Shown here piece by piece: positions 39,047 to 47,814 of a stretch of DNA of 47,814 nt (the stretch's first letter is position 1; each line of letters starts with the position of its first letter). Origin of the DNA: Candidatus Poseidoniia archaeon (GTDB lineage Archaea; Thermoplasmatota; Poseidoniia; MGIII; CG-Epi1); the NCBI GenBank assembly GCA_022449785.1, contig JAKURQ010000006.1, positions 1 to 47,814 of the forward strand. The letters run 5' to 3'. The translations under genes were made by a program, and so were the position numbers. A model generated the notes under the pieces. It was not told the DNA's origin. It did not search any database and saw nothing but the letters and a program-made list of their open reading frames with translations.

Positions 39047-41626
39047 TTAGAGGTCTATTTCTCCTTCCAAGCCACATTCAGAGCATCTAATTTCTTGAGT
39101 TCCTGAAACTTTAGGAATATCCATTCTTGCTGAACATTCTGGACACTCTATGGTCATAGTCTCCCTAACAACCTTTCTCTTTCGAACTCTACGCTCTTTG
39201 ACTGGGGATGGTTCGGGAACTACTGACTCCATAAATTCAGAACCTGAAACTGGTTCTGCTTTAGGAGGTGGTTCATAAGCTGAAGAATCTTCCCTTCGAT
39301 TCATGTAAAATAAAACTGCGCCAACAGCTACTATTACTAACAATATACCGCCGATACCAACTATTATCTCATTTTGAGAAAATGAACCTACAGTATTTCC
39401 TGAAGAAGCTTTACCTGTACTTATTTGTGAATTGTCATCCACAATACTTATTGTACATGTATCTCTAGCCACAAGACCATCGTCATCAGTGACTCTTACA
39501 ACAACAAGATATGTAGAATCTAGAGGTGTAAAATTGTAAGCATGAGTAGCAAAATCTGCGCCTTTGAAATCAACTGAATCAATGTCGCCAGTAGAACTAT
39601 TGAAATCCCACTCATACAACACTATACGGCCTCCTCCCTTATCACTAGCAATTGCTGTAAACAAAGCTTCCTCATTTAGAACCACTTCTTCATCACACAC
39701 TGCTGAAACTAATGGCGGGGAAAGTATCTGGATTGTGATAGTTAGTGATTGACTAGTAGCTCCAAAAGAATCTGTAACTATTAGATAAACTTCTTTCTCG
39801 CCAATATCAGAATCTGAAGTAATAACACTAGAACCATTATCTGAACTTTCATATAAATTCTGACCATTTGCAAAGAATAAAGATTCTGAAGTCCAGGTAT
39901 AAGTTATAGAATTACCATCAGGGTCAAAAGCCTCAGCGAACATAATAACACTCTCTCCTGCAACAACAGGATCTGGATCTACAGTAACAGTATTTAGAAC
40001 TGGAATACCATTAACAACTAAATTCGCAGTTACGTTAGATGACCAAAAACCAATATCATTAATAGCTCTGAAAGTTATTAAATGTGAGCCTCGGGACAAA
40101 TCAGAGGTACTGAAGGTTGGCTCTTCTGATAGTTGACCATCTATACTAGAAATCCATTGATAACCAACTACTTCTGTATCTTCTGATGCTTCAGAAACGG
40201 CTGAACCTGTGAAAACTACTGAAACTCCTTCACCAATAACACAATCTAGAAGAGATAAACAACCAGTAATTGAATCTATACTGGCTTCGGGGAAATCTCC
40301 GATACCAATATTCATTGCTACTTCTTTACTCCAGCGACCTTCATTATCCATCACACTGAAAGAAATAATATGATATCCCATACTCAAATTTGATATCGTG
40401 AAATTTGACGCATTTGACAAATTACCATCGAGATTTGAATGCCACAAATATGAATCAATAGTCCCATCAGAATCTAATCCTGAACCAACCATAGTAACAG
40501 GCGTGTTTGGTAATGCAGTAGTTGGATTAATAGATTCAATTATTGCAATTGGCACTTGATTATCTAACTGCCTTTCATAATAGAGAGCCAAGCCTGCATC
40601 AGTTCCAACAGCAATGTTCTCACCTCTGTAAGACAATGCCACACTGTTTATGTCTCCAAAAACGGAAGTACGCCATAACTCATCTCCATTACTTGTGTTA
40701 GCCAGAACTAATTTTTTGTTAGTAGATCCTGCAACCAAATATTTTGCATCTCCATTGAAATCAATATCTGTAATGGCTCCTCCTATGTTTTTATCCCACA
40801 ACTTAAAATCTATAGATAAATCAAGAACTGTAATTAATCCTTGATCTGTTCCAAACGCATAAAAATCAGGATTGAAACTACCTGTAACACAAGTTACCTC
40901 ATCAGATTGACCATATTCTAATGCAGGGTCTCCTCCCTCTGAAGCATAAACATAAACTTTCCCATTTTCAGATCCGATAATCAAGTAATTACTATCTCCT
41001 GAGAAAGCCAAATCTGTTATTTTTCCGTCAAGTGTACCTGAATGATACCAGTTTGGATTCTCTCCTGATGATGTTTCATAAACATACACGTTTCCATCCT
41101 CTGTACCTGCTGCAATATATTGGTGATTTGGAGATATTGCAACTGCAGTCATGGTATCACTTGCATGGTTATCAACCCAAATTTCATCATCTGAATTTGT
41201 ATTGAAATAATAGACATTACGGAAATCGACTACTGCTAGTCTTGTACCATCTGGAGTCAGAGCAACTTCGCCTACACTCAAGAAAAAATCAGTTTTTTCC
41301 CAATTTTTTGAACCTTCTTCCCAAAGGGTTACGGTAGTATCTGTTTCTTCACCAGTAACAACAAATCTACCACTCGATGACATATCCATAGATGATATTC
41401 CTTGGCCTACTGTCTTAGAATTATATGGCGTCGAGGTATCATTTCTCCAAAGTGAAACAGTTTTAGCATATGTAGCAGAGATATTTACAGAATCATCGGA
41501 TATTTCTACATTTGAAATTGCGTCTGTAGAATAATGCTGCCAAATTGGATCTTTATCTGCTTGAACGCCCGAAAGTGTGAATGTGAGTGCCACTAAAATC
41601 AATACTGCTACATCTAAACGTCTCAT
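39047..41626 (-). CDS. Surface protein: signal peptide, WD40/PQQ propeller, PKD/Ig-like domains, TM, cytoplasmic zinc ribbon
   Basis: Propeller repeats (AISPNHQYIAAGTEDGNVYVY); PKD-like DSDGTIDSYLW, YEWDF, RVTDDDG; TM; CPEC-x16-CSEC. Confidence 0.8.
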   Translation of the reverse strand: MRRLDVAVLILVALTFTLSGVQADKDPIWQHYSTDAISNVEISDDSVNISATYAKTVSLWRNDTSTPYNSKTVGQGISSMDMSSSGRFVVTGEETDTTVTLWEEGSKNWEKTDFFLSVGEVALTPDGTRLAVVDFRNVYYFNTNSDDEIWVDNHASDTMTAVAISPNHQYIAAGTEDGNVYVYETSSGENPNWYHSGTLDGKITDLAFSGDSNYLIIGSENGKVYVYASEGGDPALEYGQSDEVTCVTGSFNPDFYAFGTDQGLITVLDLSIDFKLWDKNIGGAITDIDFNGDAKYLVAGSTNKKLVLANTSNGDELWRTSVFGDINSVALSYRGENIAVGTDAGLALYYERQLDNQVPIAIIESINPTTALPNTPVTMVGSGLDSDGTIDSYLWHSNLDGNLSNASNFTISNLSMGYHIISFSVMDNEGRWSKEVAMNIGIGDFPEASIDSITGCLSLLDCVIGEGVSVVFTGSAVSEASEDTEVVGYQWISSIDGQLSEEPTFSTSDLSRGSHLITFRAINDIGFWSSNVTANLVVNGIPVLNTVTVDPDPVVAGESVIMFAEAFDPDGNSITYTWTSESLFFANGQNLYESSDNGSSVITSDSDIGEKEVYLIVTDSFGATSQSLTITIQILSPPLVSAVCDEEVVLNEEALFTAIASDKGGGRIVLYEWDFNSSTGDIDSVDFKGADFATHAYNFTPLDSTYLVVVRVTDDDGLVARDTCTISIVDDNSQISTGKASSGNTVGSFSQNEIIVGIGGILLVIVAVGAVLFYMNRREDSSAYEPPPKAEPVSGSEFMESVVPEPSPVKERRVRKRKVVRETMTIECPECSARMDIPKVSGTQEIRCSECGLEGEIDL

Positions 41627-41682
41627 GTCTTATTACCAGAAGTGCTATTCGCTTAATAATAGGGGGGATTATTACAGTGCGC

Positions 41683-42282
41683 CTAACCTCTCATCAAATT
41701 ATAGCGTCCTCTCAACTCTAAAACTTTTAGAGCTTCAAGTACTGATTTAGAAGCTCCTGTCGAATAAGCTTCAAGAAAGATATTGCGACCATTAATTTCT
41801 GAATGATGTGAGTCTAGTGACTCTAGAAAAACACGCAAATCAGAGGCTCTATCTTCATCATCATCAGATATACTAGAAAGGCCAAAATCAATTGCATAAA
41901 TTTTATCATTAACTAAAAAATTACTAGTTGTAGGATCGCCATGTACTACATTTAATGAATGAATCCTCGATAGGAGATGAGCTGTTTGAATTAGATGTTT
42001 TTTGAAGTCTTTTCCACGCAAGGCTCTCTCAAGGGTCTGACCTTCGATAAATTCCATAAAAATACTATTGTCAGATGTATTAACACTGAAAATTGCTGGA
42101 ACTGGAACGCCTTGTGAAATTAGTCTTTCCATTATACGAGATTCGCTACGTAATCTTTCCACAACTAACCTTTTTTCCAAAGCAGGATGACGATAGCCTC
42201 TCTTATTACGCATTTTAGATATGACTGTTTGGCCATTCCACTCTATTGTTTCAACAATAGCCTCCGCACCCCTAAATTTCAT
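41683..42282 (-). CDS. bud32: KEOPS kinase/ATPase Bud32; ATG at 42282 (ATGA overlap with kae1)
   Basis: RGAEA, YRHPALE, HGDPTTSN, IDFGL, RGRY. Confidence 0.92.
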   Translation of the reverse strand: MKFRGAEAIVETIEWNGQTVISKMRNKRGYRHPALEKRLVVERLRSESRIMERLISQGVPVPAIFSVNTSDNSIFMEFIEGQTLERALRGKDFKKHLIQTAHLLSRIHSLNVVHGDPTTSNFLVNDKIYAIDFGLSSISDDDEDRASDLRVFLESLDSHHSEINGRNIFLEAYSTGASKSVLEALKVLELRGRYNLMRG

Positions 42283-43262
42283 CTCCAAGTAACCTCAACC
42301 ATATCTGTTCTATATTTCTGATTAACCATATTATCTTCGTCTTTTATTTCATAATTTGCAGCCATCATCTGATAACCAAGCCAGCCAATCATTACACCAT
42401 TATCAACACACAAAGCCCTCTCAGGAACAAAACATTTGACTCCGCGCTCTTCTGCCATGGTCATAGCCATCTCTCTAAGTCGTGAATTACAAGCCACGCC
42501 ACCTCCCAATACTAGCTCTGTCTTTCCAGTGTGTGCTAAGGCTCTTTCAGAAACTTCACAAGACATTGCAAACGCAGTTTCCTGAACTGAATATGCAACA
42601 CTAGGTAAGGAATAACCAGAATCTACTTTTTGCTTTGCTGCAGTCATTAGTCCTGAGAAGGCTAAATCCATTCCCTTAACTGAATATGGTAAATCTATTA
42701 GTTCATCTCCTTCTGCAATCTTTTCAAGTTTGGGACCTCCTGGAAAACCCATGCCTGCTTCTCTAGCAAACTTATCCAACCCATTCCCTATTCCTATGTC
42801 AATAGTTTCCCCAAAAACTCTGTAACGGCCATCGGCATATGCAATAACTTGTGTATTTGCACCTGAAAGATAGAGTAAAACTGGATCTGTTGCACCCTCC
42901 AAAAGACCTATCTCTAAATGAGCCACGCAGTGATTCACACCCAAGAAGGGGATATTGTGTGCATAAGCGAAGGCCCTAGCTGCAGTTGCGCCAGTTCTTA
43001 GACAGGGACCTAAACCGGGACCTCTTGCATAAGAGACTAATGTGATATCCTTTGGGGACAAATTAGCTTCCTCGAGAGCACTCTTGAATAATATTGGAAA
43101 CTTTTCTGAATGATGATTTGCAGCTTCTCTAGGATGTATTCCTTCTCCTTTATCTGGAATATAAACTGACCTTTGATTAGAAAGAATCTTACCTTCTGAG
43201 GTTATTATTCCTACACCTGCAGTATGTGCTGTTGACTCAATACCAAGAATTATTTCGCTCAC
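42279..43262 (-). CDS. kae1: KEOPS t6A tRNA threonylcarbamoyltransferase Kae1
   Basis: GIESTAHT, GPGLGPCL, NHCVAHLE, SGANTQ, GETIDIGIGNGLD, DNGVMI, YRTDMVEVTWR. Confidence 0.96.
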   Translation of the reverse strand: MSEIILGIESTAHTAGVGIITSEGKILSNQRSVYIPDKGEGIHPREAANHHSEKFPILFKSALEEANLSPKDITLVSYARGPGLGPCLRTGATAARAFAYAHNIPFLGVNHCVAHLEIGLLEGATDPVLLYLSGANTQVIAYADGRYRVFGETIDIGIGNGLDKFAREAGMGFPGGPKLEKIAEGDELIDLPYSVKGMDLAFSGLMTAAKQKVDSGYSLPSVAYSVQETAFAMSCEVSERALAHTGKTELVLGGGVACNSRLREMAMTMAEERGVKCFVPERALCVDNGVMIGWLGYQMMAANYEIKDEDNMVNQKYRTDMVEVTWR

Positions 43263-43267
43263 TTCAA

Positions 43268-44701
43268 TTACTCTTCTTCAGATGAAGAATCTGGTATTGC
43301 CATTTCCCTTTTGTCCTCATCCTGAACTGCCTCACTATTTGAGTCTGGTTCTTCTTTAGATTCACCAGAATCGGATATTTGGTCCTCAGCTCCAGTGTAT
43401 ATTATGTAACAGCATAGACTTAATATGATGAAAATTGCCAAAAGACCAGCCCAAGAACCGTCTGACTTTGAGAAATCATCTCCAGATTCAATCTCTATGA
43501 ATCTGTTCAAAGATATAGTGTAATCATCAGTTGAATTGTCGCTATAATCAACAACAACTGATTCTACTGAAATTGAAAGTGGACCTTCTTTAGAAGCAAT
43601 CCAAGTTACATTTGTTATTTGTGTGCTGTTAGATGTAAGAGAAATACTCGATCTAGAAGATGTGACCTTATTATTAATGAAAAGATTGACATATAAATTA
43701 TTGAAATTTATATCTGTTGGGTTAAAAATAGACACACTAAAATTAACATTAGAGAATTTAGGTGCTTTTTCACCTATGATATATGGACTTTCATCCACAA
43801 AAAGAGTACCTGATTCAAATATGACTTTTGAATGATTAAGGTCAAAAGATTCAATGATATCTGTATTATCATCAATATACCCCTCCCATGACTTTTCTAC
43901 ATAGCCAAAACCAAGATTTAGATAGAATGTGAATCTAGCTTGATGGTCTAAAATTTGGCCTGAAGAATCAATCTCATATTGTTTTGCCCAATTCCAGGAC
44001 CCGACAAGCATTTCTCCATTCCACTGCCTTACTTCAAATCCTTCAATAGGTAAGTTTGTTGAAGATTCTAAAGCTGAAAAAGTAATCCACCATTCTTGTG
44101 TCATGCGTGTACTGCAATTGTAATAATATATCGACTCTAAATCAGGTTCTGAACCAATAGAACGTAACCCTAGTGTGTAATTTCTTATATTGACTCCAGA
44201 AGCAGTTAGATTAGTATCTTCCGAGAAAATACCATAGTTAATCTTACTAAAACCATCAAGTGCTAAACCTGTAATATCTGCATTGCCTCCAACCAACCAT
44301 ATCATGCCATAGTAAATTGTTGAATCATAAATTGATAAATTTCCTGCATCTGAAACTAAGGTATATGGAGAGATTAGAATTTCACTAGTATTTTCACCAA
44401 GATGGTATTCGGAGGTACTTATTGTAGTGTTAATTATATCTAATTGACCACCTGGATTGATTCGAATCTCAGAAGTTGTGTAATCTAAGGTCCTATTAAC
44501 ATTCAAATAAGAATCTTTTATTACTAAATGCCCATCAATAAGTATATCTCCACAAAGCCAAATATGTTCACTATCTAATACTATACTTTGATCACTAGAT
44601 ACAGTCATATTCTCATATTGGCATTCTTCAGATTCTGCATTCAATGTTAGAAAGAGAACCGCGAAAACAAAAATAGCGCTTATTATACTCAGGACACGCA
44701 T
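43268..44701 (-). CDS. Secreted beta-rich surface protein with Ig/CARDB-like domain, TM and acidic tail
   Basis: Signal peptide; beta-helix-like N-terminal half; VNFSVSIFN...NVTW; C-terminal TM; many N-x-S/T sequons. Confidence 0.65.
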   Translation of the reverse strand: MRVLSIISAIFVFAVLFLTLNAESEECQYENMTVSSDQSIVLDSEHIWLCGDILIDGHLVIKDSYLNVNRTLDYTTSEIRINPGGQLDIINTTISTSEYHLGENTSEILISPYTLVSDAGNLSIYDSTIYYGMIWLVGGNADITGLALDGFSKINYGIFSEDTNLTASGVNIRNYTLGLRSIGSEPDLESIYYYNCSTRMTQEWWITFSALESSTNLPIEGFEVRQWNGEMLVGSWNWAKQYEIDSSGQILDHQARFTFYLNLGFGYVEKSWEGYIDDNTDIIESFDLNHSKVIFESGTLFVDESPYIIGEKAPKFSNVNFSVSIFNPTDINFNNLYVNLFINNKVTSSRSSISLTSNSTQITNVTWIASKEGPLSISVESVVVDYSDNSTDDYTISLNRFIEIESGDDFSKSDGSWAGLLAIFIILSLCCYIIYTGAEDQISDSGESKEEPDSNSEAVQDEDKREMAIPDSSSEEE

Positions 44702-44791
44702 GATATTCTAAAAGAGTCTCCATATAAATACAATCTATGGTCGCTCTTTAGTGTGATATTAGTTTTAAAGGGAGCTTTATTTGACATAGTA

Positions 44792-45607
44792 ATGAAGCGC
44801 ATTTTAGGAATAATTCTGACGTTTGTTTTGCTTTCACAGCCATTAGTAAGTAGTGAAACTGATAATTACGTGAGTCATCCAGGAAACATACCTGATTTTC
44901 ATAATTTTGCTACTCCTCAATTAGAACCTGGTGAAAGTGGAGATTTTGCTTTAGATATTTACAATAGATATGGATATTCTCTAGACAATGTAACCATCAT
45001 GGCTGAAATATACCATAGAGCAGACATAGATGAATCTGAAGCTTTAGACAATATTCAATCTGCTGAAAGGCCATACATTAACAAAAAATGTTGGAAATCA
45101 TTACCTGAAGGGGATAAAAACTGTGGAGATAATGAAGGAGAATTAGTTGAATATAGCATAGGAACTATTGAAACCAATACTACAATATTTCTTGAGTTTA
45201 ATATTGTCACTAAAGAAAATACCAAAGAAGGAACCTATTTTGTTAGATTCTCTATGGATTTTGAATATAACGGAACTGCCAGAAGCATGCAGTCCAGAGG
45301 TCACTGGAACATGGAATTGTGGGAAGAAGCCACTACGAATGTGACTGAAGGATCACCTGGCAATATCAATTTAGAAGTTCTAGGAGTAGATGGAATTATC
45401 CCGGATTCTTCTTTTGGAGTCAAAAAGCCAATACCAAAATGGCCATTGTATGCTCTTATTACATTAACAATTGTATTTGCAGGGCTTTCTGTTATATTTT
45501 ATCTTGAAGAAGAAGGGAACTATCCTGAATTAAATAAATGGCTTCAGAAGCAAAGGGGCAAACTTAATGAGCTTAGGTTGCGCTTTAAGTACAGAAAAGG
45601 CAGCTAA
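44792..45607 (+). CDS. Membrane-anchored Ig-like hypothetical protein; ATG at 44792 preferred
   Basis: MKRILG signal peptide; TPQLEPGESG, TKEGTYFVRF; C-terminal TM and basic tail. Confidence 0.7.
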   Translation: MKRILGIILTFVLLSQPLVSSETDNYVSHPGNIPDFHNFATPQLEPGESGDFALDIYNRYGYSLDNVTIMAEIYHRADIDESEALDNIQSAERPYINKKCWKSLPEGDKNCGDNEGELVEYSIGTIETNTTIFLEFNIVTKENTKEGTYFVRFSMDFEYNGTARSMQSRGHWNMELWEEATTNVTEGSPGNINLEVLGVDGIIPDSSFGVKKPIPKWPLYALITLTIVFAGLSVIFYLEEEGNYPELNKWLQKQRGKLNELRLRFKYRKGS

Positions 45608-46708
45608 AGAAGCATAATCTAAATCACCTGTTTTTTCTATTGCATCTTTTACTTTGGGTTCACCAAGTATTGATATTATTTCGGACAATTGATCATCACT
45701 TAAACTCAGGAAAGCCTTACGCAAATGGTGCCCTTTCGTCAATTCACCACCTATTCTCTGACTTATAAGATCTTGATATGGGCTCAAGGTTTTCGAGTCC
45801 AATTTATTTTTCTCTAAGGCCTTATTTGCGACTTCAAAAGCGGCATCCGCAGAAATCAAACCTGAATATATTCCACCACCAGAAGTGGGTTTGGCCATTC
45901 CTGCCGCATCTCCTGTTAAAAGAACATTGTCTGTATAACTTGGATTTCGAGTACCAAACGGAATCAGACCACTAACTCGATTAATTATCTTAGCTCCTCC
46001 AAGTAACTTTGAAGGTGCTCCTTTGTGAAAATAATCTCTGAAGAAATTTTTAGGTCTATTTGGTAAAACAGTTGCCATGCCTATTCTACCTTCATTAGGT
46101 CCAGTAGGAATTCCCCATCCAAAAAATCTTGGTGCCAACTCTGAACCAACGAAAAGGTCAACATGATTATCACGGCCTTGATATCCCTCAACATCAGCTC
46201 CAAAGGCTGCCAAGACTTCTCTTTTAGTGCTAAGTCCTGCATCACGTGCAACACGAGAAGCAGGGCCATCTGACCCTACAATCAAACGAGACTTAATCTC
46301 AATTTTACCATTTTTGCTTTGGACTGTCGCAGTAATTCCTTCCTCGGACTTCTTATGGCCCAAATATCTATGACCTGCTCGCATTTCTGCTCCTGCATCA
46401 ATTGCCCTGTTAGCAATTGATCTATCCAAGTCAGGCCTATCTATAACCAAAGCTTTGGTCTCTGATGCTTGAAAATCAAGAAACGAATCATTGGGACCCC
46501 ATAATCTTGCCCCATTCATTTCTTGAAATACGGGACGTTCATATCCTAAATATTCAAACGTACGAGGTGTGATTAATCCTGCACATTGACACGGTTCTCC
46601 TATGATTTCATCTTCTTCTACAATTGTTGTAGAATAGCCTGCCTTGGCTAGATTCCATGCCGTCCTAGAACCACTAGGTCCAGCCCCTATGACTAAAGCA
46701 TCAATCAT
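45530..46708 (-). CDS. Geranylgeranyl reductase family (digeranylgeranylglycerophospholipid reductase-like)
   Basis: VIGAGPSG, PCQCAG, IDRPDLD, GSDG, FGWGIP, GDAAGMAKPTSGGGI. Confidence 0.88.
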   Translation of the reverse strand: MIDALVIGAGPSGSRTAWNLAKAGYSTTIVEEDEIIGEPCQCAGLITPRTFEYLGYERPVFQEMNGARLWGPNDSFLDFQASETKALVIDRPDLDRSIANRAIDAGAEMRAGHRYLGHKKSEEGITATVQSKNGKIEIKSRLIVGSDGPASRVARDAGLSTKREVLAAFGADVEGYQGRDNHVDLFVGSELAPRFFGWGIPTGPNEGRIGMATVLPNRPKNFFRDYFHKGAPSKLLGGAKIINRVSGLIPFGTRNPSYTDNVLLTGDAAGMAKPTSGGGIYSGLISADAAFEVANKALEKNKLDSKTLSPYQDLISQRIGGELTKGHHLRKAFLSLSDDQLSEIISILGEPKVKDAIEKTGDLDYASLAAFSVLKAQPKLIKFAPLLLKPFI

Positions 46709-46717
46709 TATGCCTTA

Positions 46718-47814
46718 CTATTCGAGGGGGACTAAATCTATTTGGCAACTATCTGTCAAACCTGCATCAGCTAATGACAGATTAACGTCAACTGCTGCAC
46801 CATTTAACATAACTGCAAAATTAGCATGTGGTAGTTGGAATTTCTCAATACAATTCTGTAATAATTTATTTACAGGCATGTTTGAAGGAACTTTAACGTT
46901 TGCCGTTTTACCATCTACTGTAGATACGATTACTACTCCTATCTTCGAAGGAACTGCTGTAGTTTCTTCTTCACCGGAATCATCATCTGATTCTTCATCA
47001 TCTGTAGGTCTTGATTTAGATCTTCCACGGCCGCGTCTTCTCAAGATTGGTACTGCTACCATTGCAAGAACCAAAGCAATACCTGCTAATGCGGGATAAA
47101 GAAGAGGAACTCCCTTAATCAATTCTCTCTCAGTTAGATAATTAATAGCTTCAATCTCTCCTAAAACTGCAGGCAATACTAGTGGCAATGTATCTGTATA
47201 TTCATCATTGTCAGTTCCACCGCCTGGTGATGAATCATCACAAGTATCACATTGCTTAATTTCGAAATTACCAGTTCCTGCATCAATTGTCCAGGTCAAT
47301 GTAAGCTCATCCTTATTGTCCTCATCAGGGACTGTCCAAATGAATTTTACTTCAGTTGTATCTGCTTGATTAATTGATTCAGATACTGATTCTGATTTCT
47401 CATAACCAGTTCCATCCTCAAATATGACGGATAATGTCTTTGTTGGTGACCAATCAGCATTACCTATGTTCTCAACTGTTACTGTAATCTCAACCTCTTC
47501 TCCAACTTCTGGATTACGTGGATCCATCACTACTTTCTTAATTCTGAAATCTGGAAGAGTTTCAAACTTAACTTCTACCTCATTCTGTGTGAAAATTCCG
47601 GAACGTGGATATTCATTATCTGCATACCTGCCTAATTCATCAAACATACGGTCCGTTTCAACTGCAAAACCATCACCTTCTGATTCACACTCGAATTCAT
47701 GGATGTTGTAATCATCACATACTGGATTTACTTCAGCCCTGAAAGAACTCCATTCTTCTCCAACTGTCTTCCAACGGAATCTAACATCTGTTGTTTCCCC
47801 TGCATCAACATCGA
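46718..47814 (-). CDS. CARDB-repeat single-pass membrane protein with cytoplasmic ubiquitin-like domain; 5' end beyond the window
   Basis: Frame stays open from 47647 to the edge (DVDAGETTDVRFRWKT...); CARDB motif PDFRI...PEVGEEVEITVTVENIGNAD; TM, RRRGRGR, acidic linker, 74-aa beta-grasp-like C-terminus. Confidence 0.82.
   Translation of the reverse strand, partial: DVDAGETTDVRFRWKTVGEEWSSFRAEVNPVCDDYNIHEFECESEGDGFAVETDRMFDELGRYADNEYPRSGIFTQNEVEVKFETLPDFRIKKVVMDPRNPEVGEEVEITVTVENIGNADWSPTKTLSVIFEDGTGYEKSESVSESINQADTTEVKFIWTVPDEDNKDELTLTWTIDAGTGNFEIKQCDTCDDSSPGGGTDNDEYTDTLPLVLPAVLGEIEAINYLTERELIKGVPLLYPALAGIALVLAMVAVPILRRRGRGRSKSRPTDDEESDDDSGEEETTAVPSKIGVVIVSTVDGKTANVKVPSNMPVNKLLQNCIEKFQLPHANFAVMLNGAAVDVNLSLADAGLTDSCQIDLVPLE

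Noticed and set aside
41683-43262. Frameshifted Kae1-Bud32 fusion
   Set aside because: A clean ATGA stop/start overlap and two complete proteins; split and fused forms are both normal in archaea.
2045-47711. Other 60-150 aa ORFs nested in long genes (e.g. 18683-18952, 33870-34220, 46644-47099)
   Set aside because: They lie antisense or off-frame to well-supported genes, have typical shadow composition and show no motifs.

Overview
An AT-rich, very gene-dense chromosomal segment from an archaeon. The gene content points to a marine heterotrophic Thermoplasmatota lineage (Marine Group II/III-like; taxonomy inferred, not computed): the HMG-CoA synthase/thiolase/DUF35 operon, membrane LonB, pantoate kinase, Kae1/Bud32, GGPP synthase, geranylgeranyl reductase, an A24 peptidase, and TATA boxes about 25-30 bp before start codons. 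It holds about 40 CDSs and one tRNA-Pro(TGG); I found no CRISPR array, rRNA or mobile element. Main themes are isoprenoid-lipid/CoA metabolism, peptide and amino-acid scavenging, and membrane-anchored surface proteins. The ORF track misses or truncates three genes: an edge-truncated subtilase (<1-1850), a 54-aa Trm5-N-like ORF (33127-33291) and the edge-truncated CARDB protein (46718->47814). Most notable: (1) a single-pass CARDB surface protein whose cytoplasmic tail aligns without gaps to ubiquitin; (2) a mevalonate-operon thiolase lacking both catalytic cysteines next to a DUF35 lacking 3 of 4 Zn ligands; (3) an acidic 14-residue-repeat coiled-coil protein with two UvrD/PcrA-type Tudor domains; (4) a degenerate GXGXG/glutamate-synthase-barrel fusion behind idi-idsA; (5) a type II glutamine synthetase facing an Lrp regulator. 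All family calls are motif recognition by eye; no searches were run.
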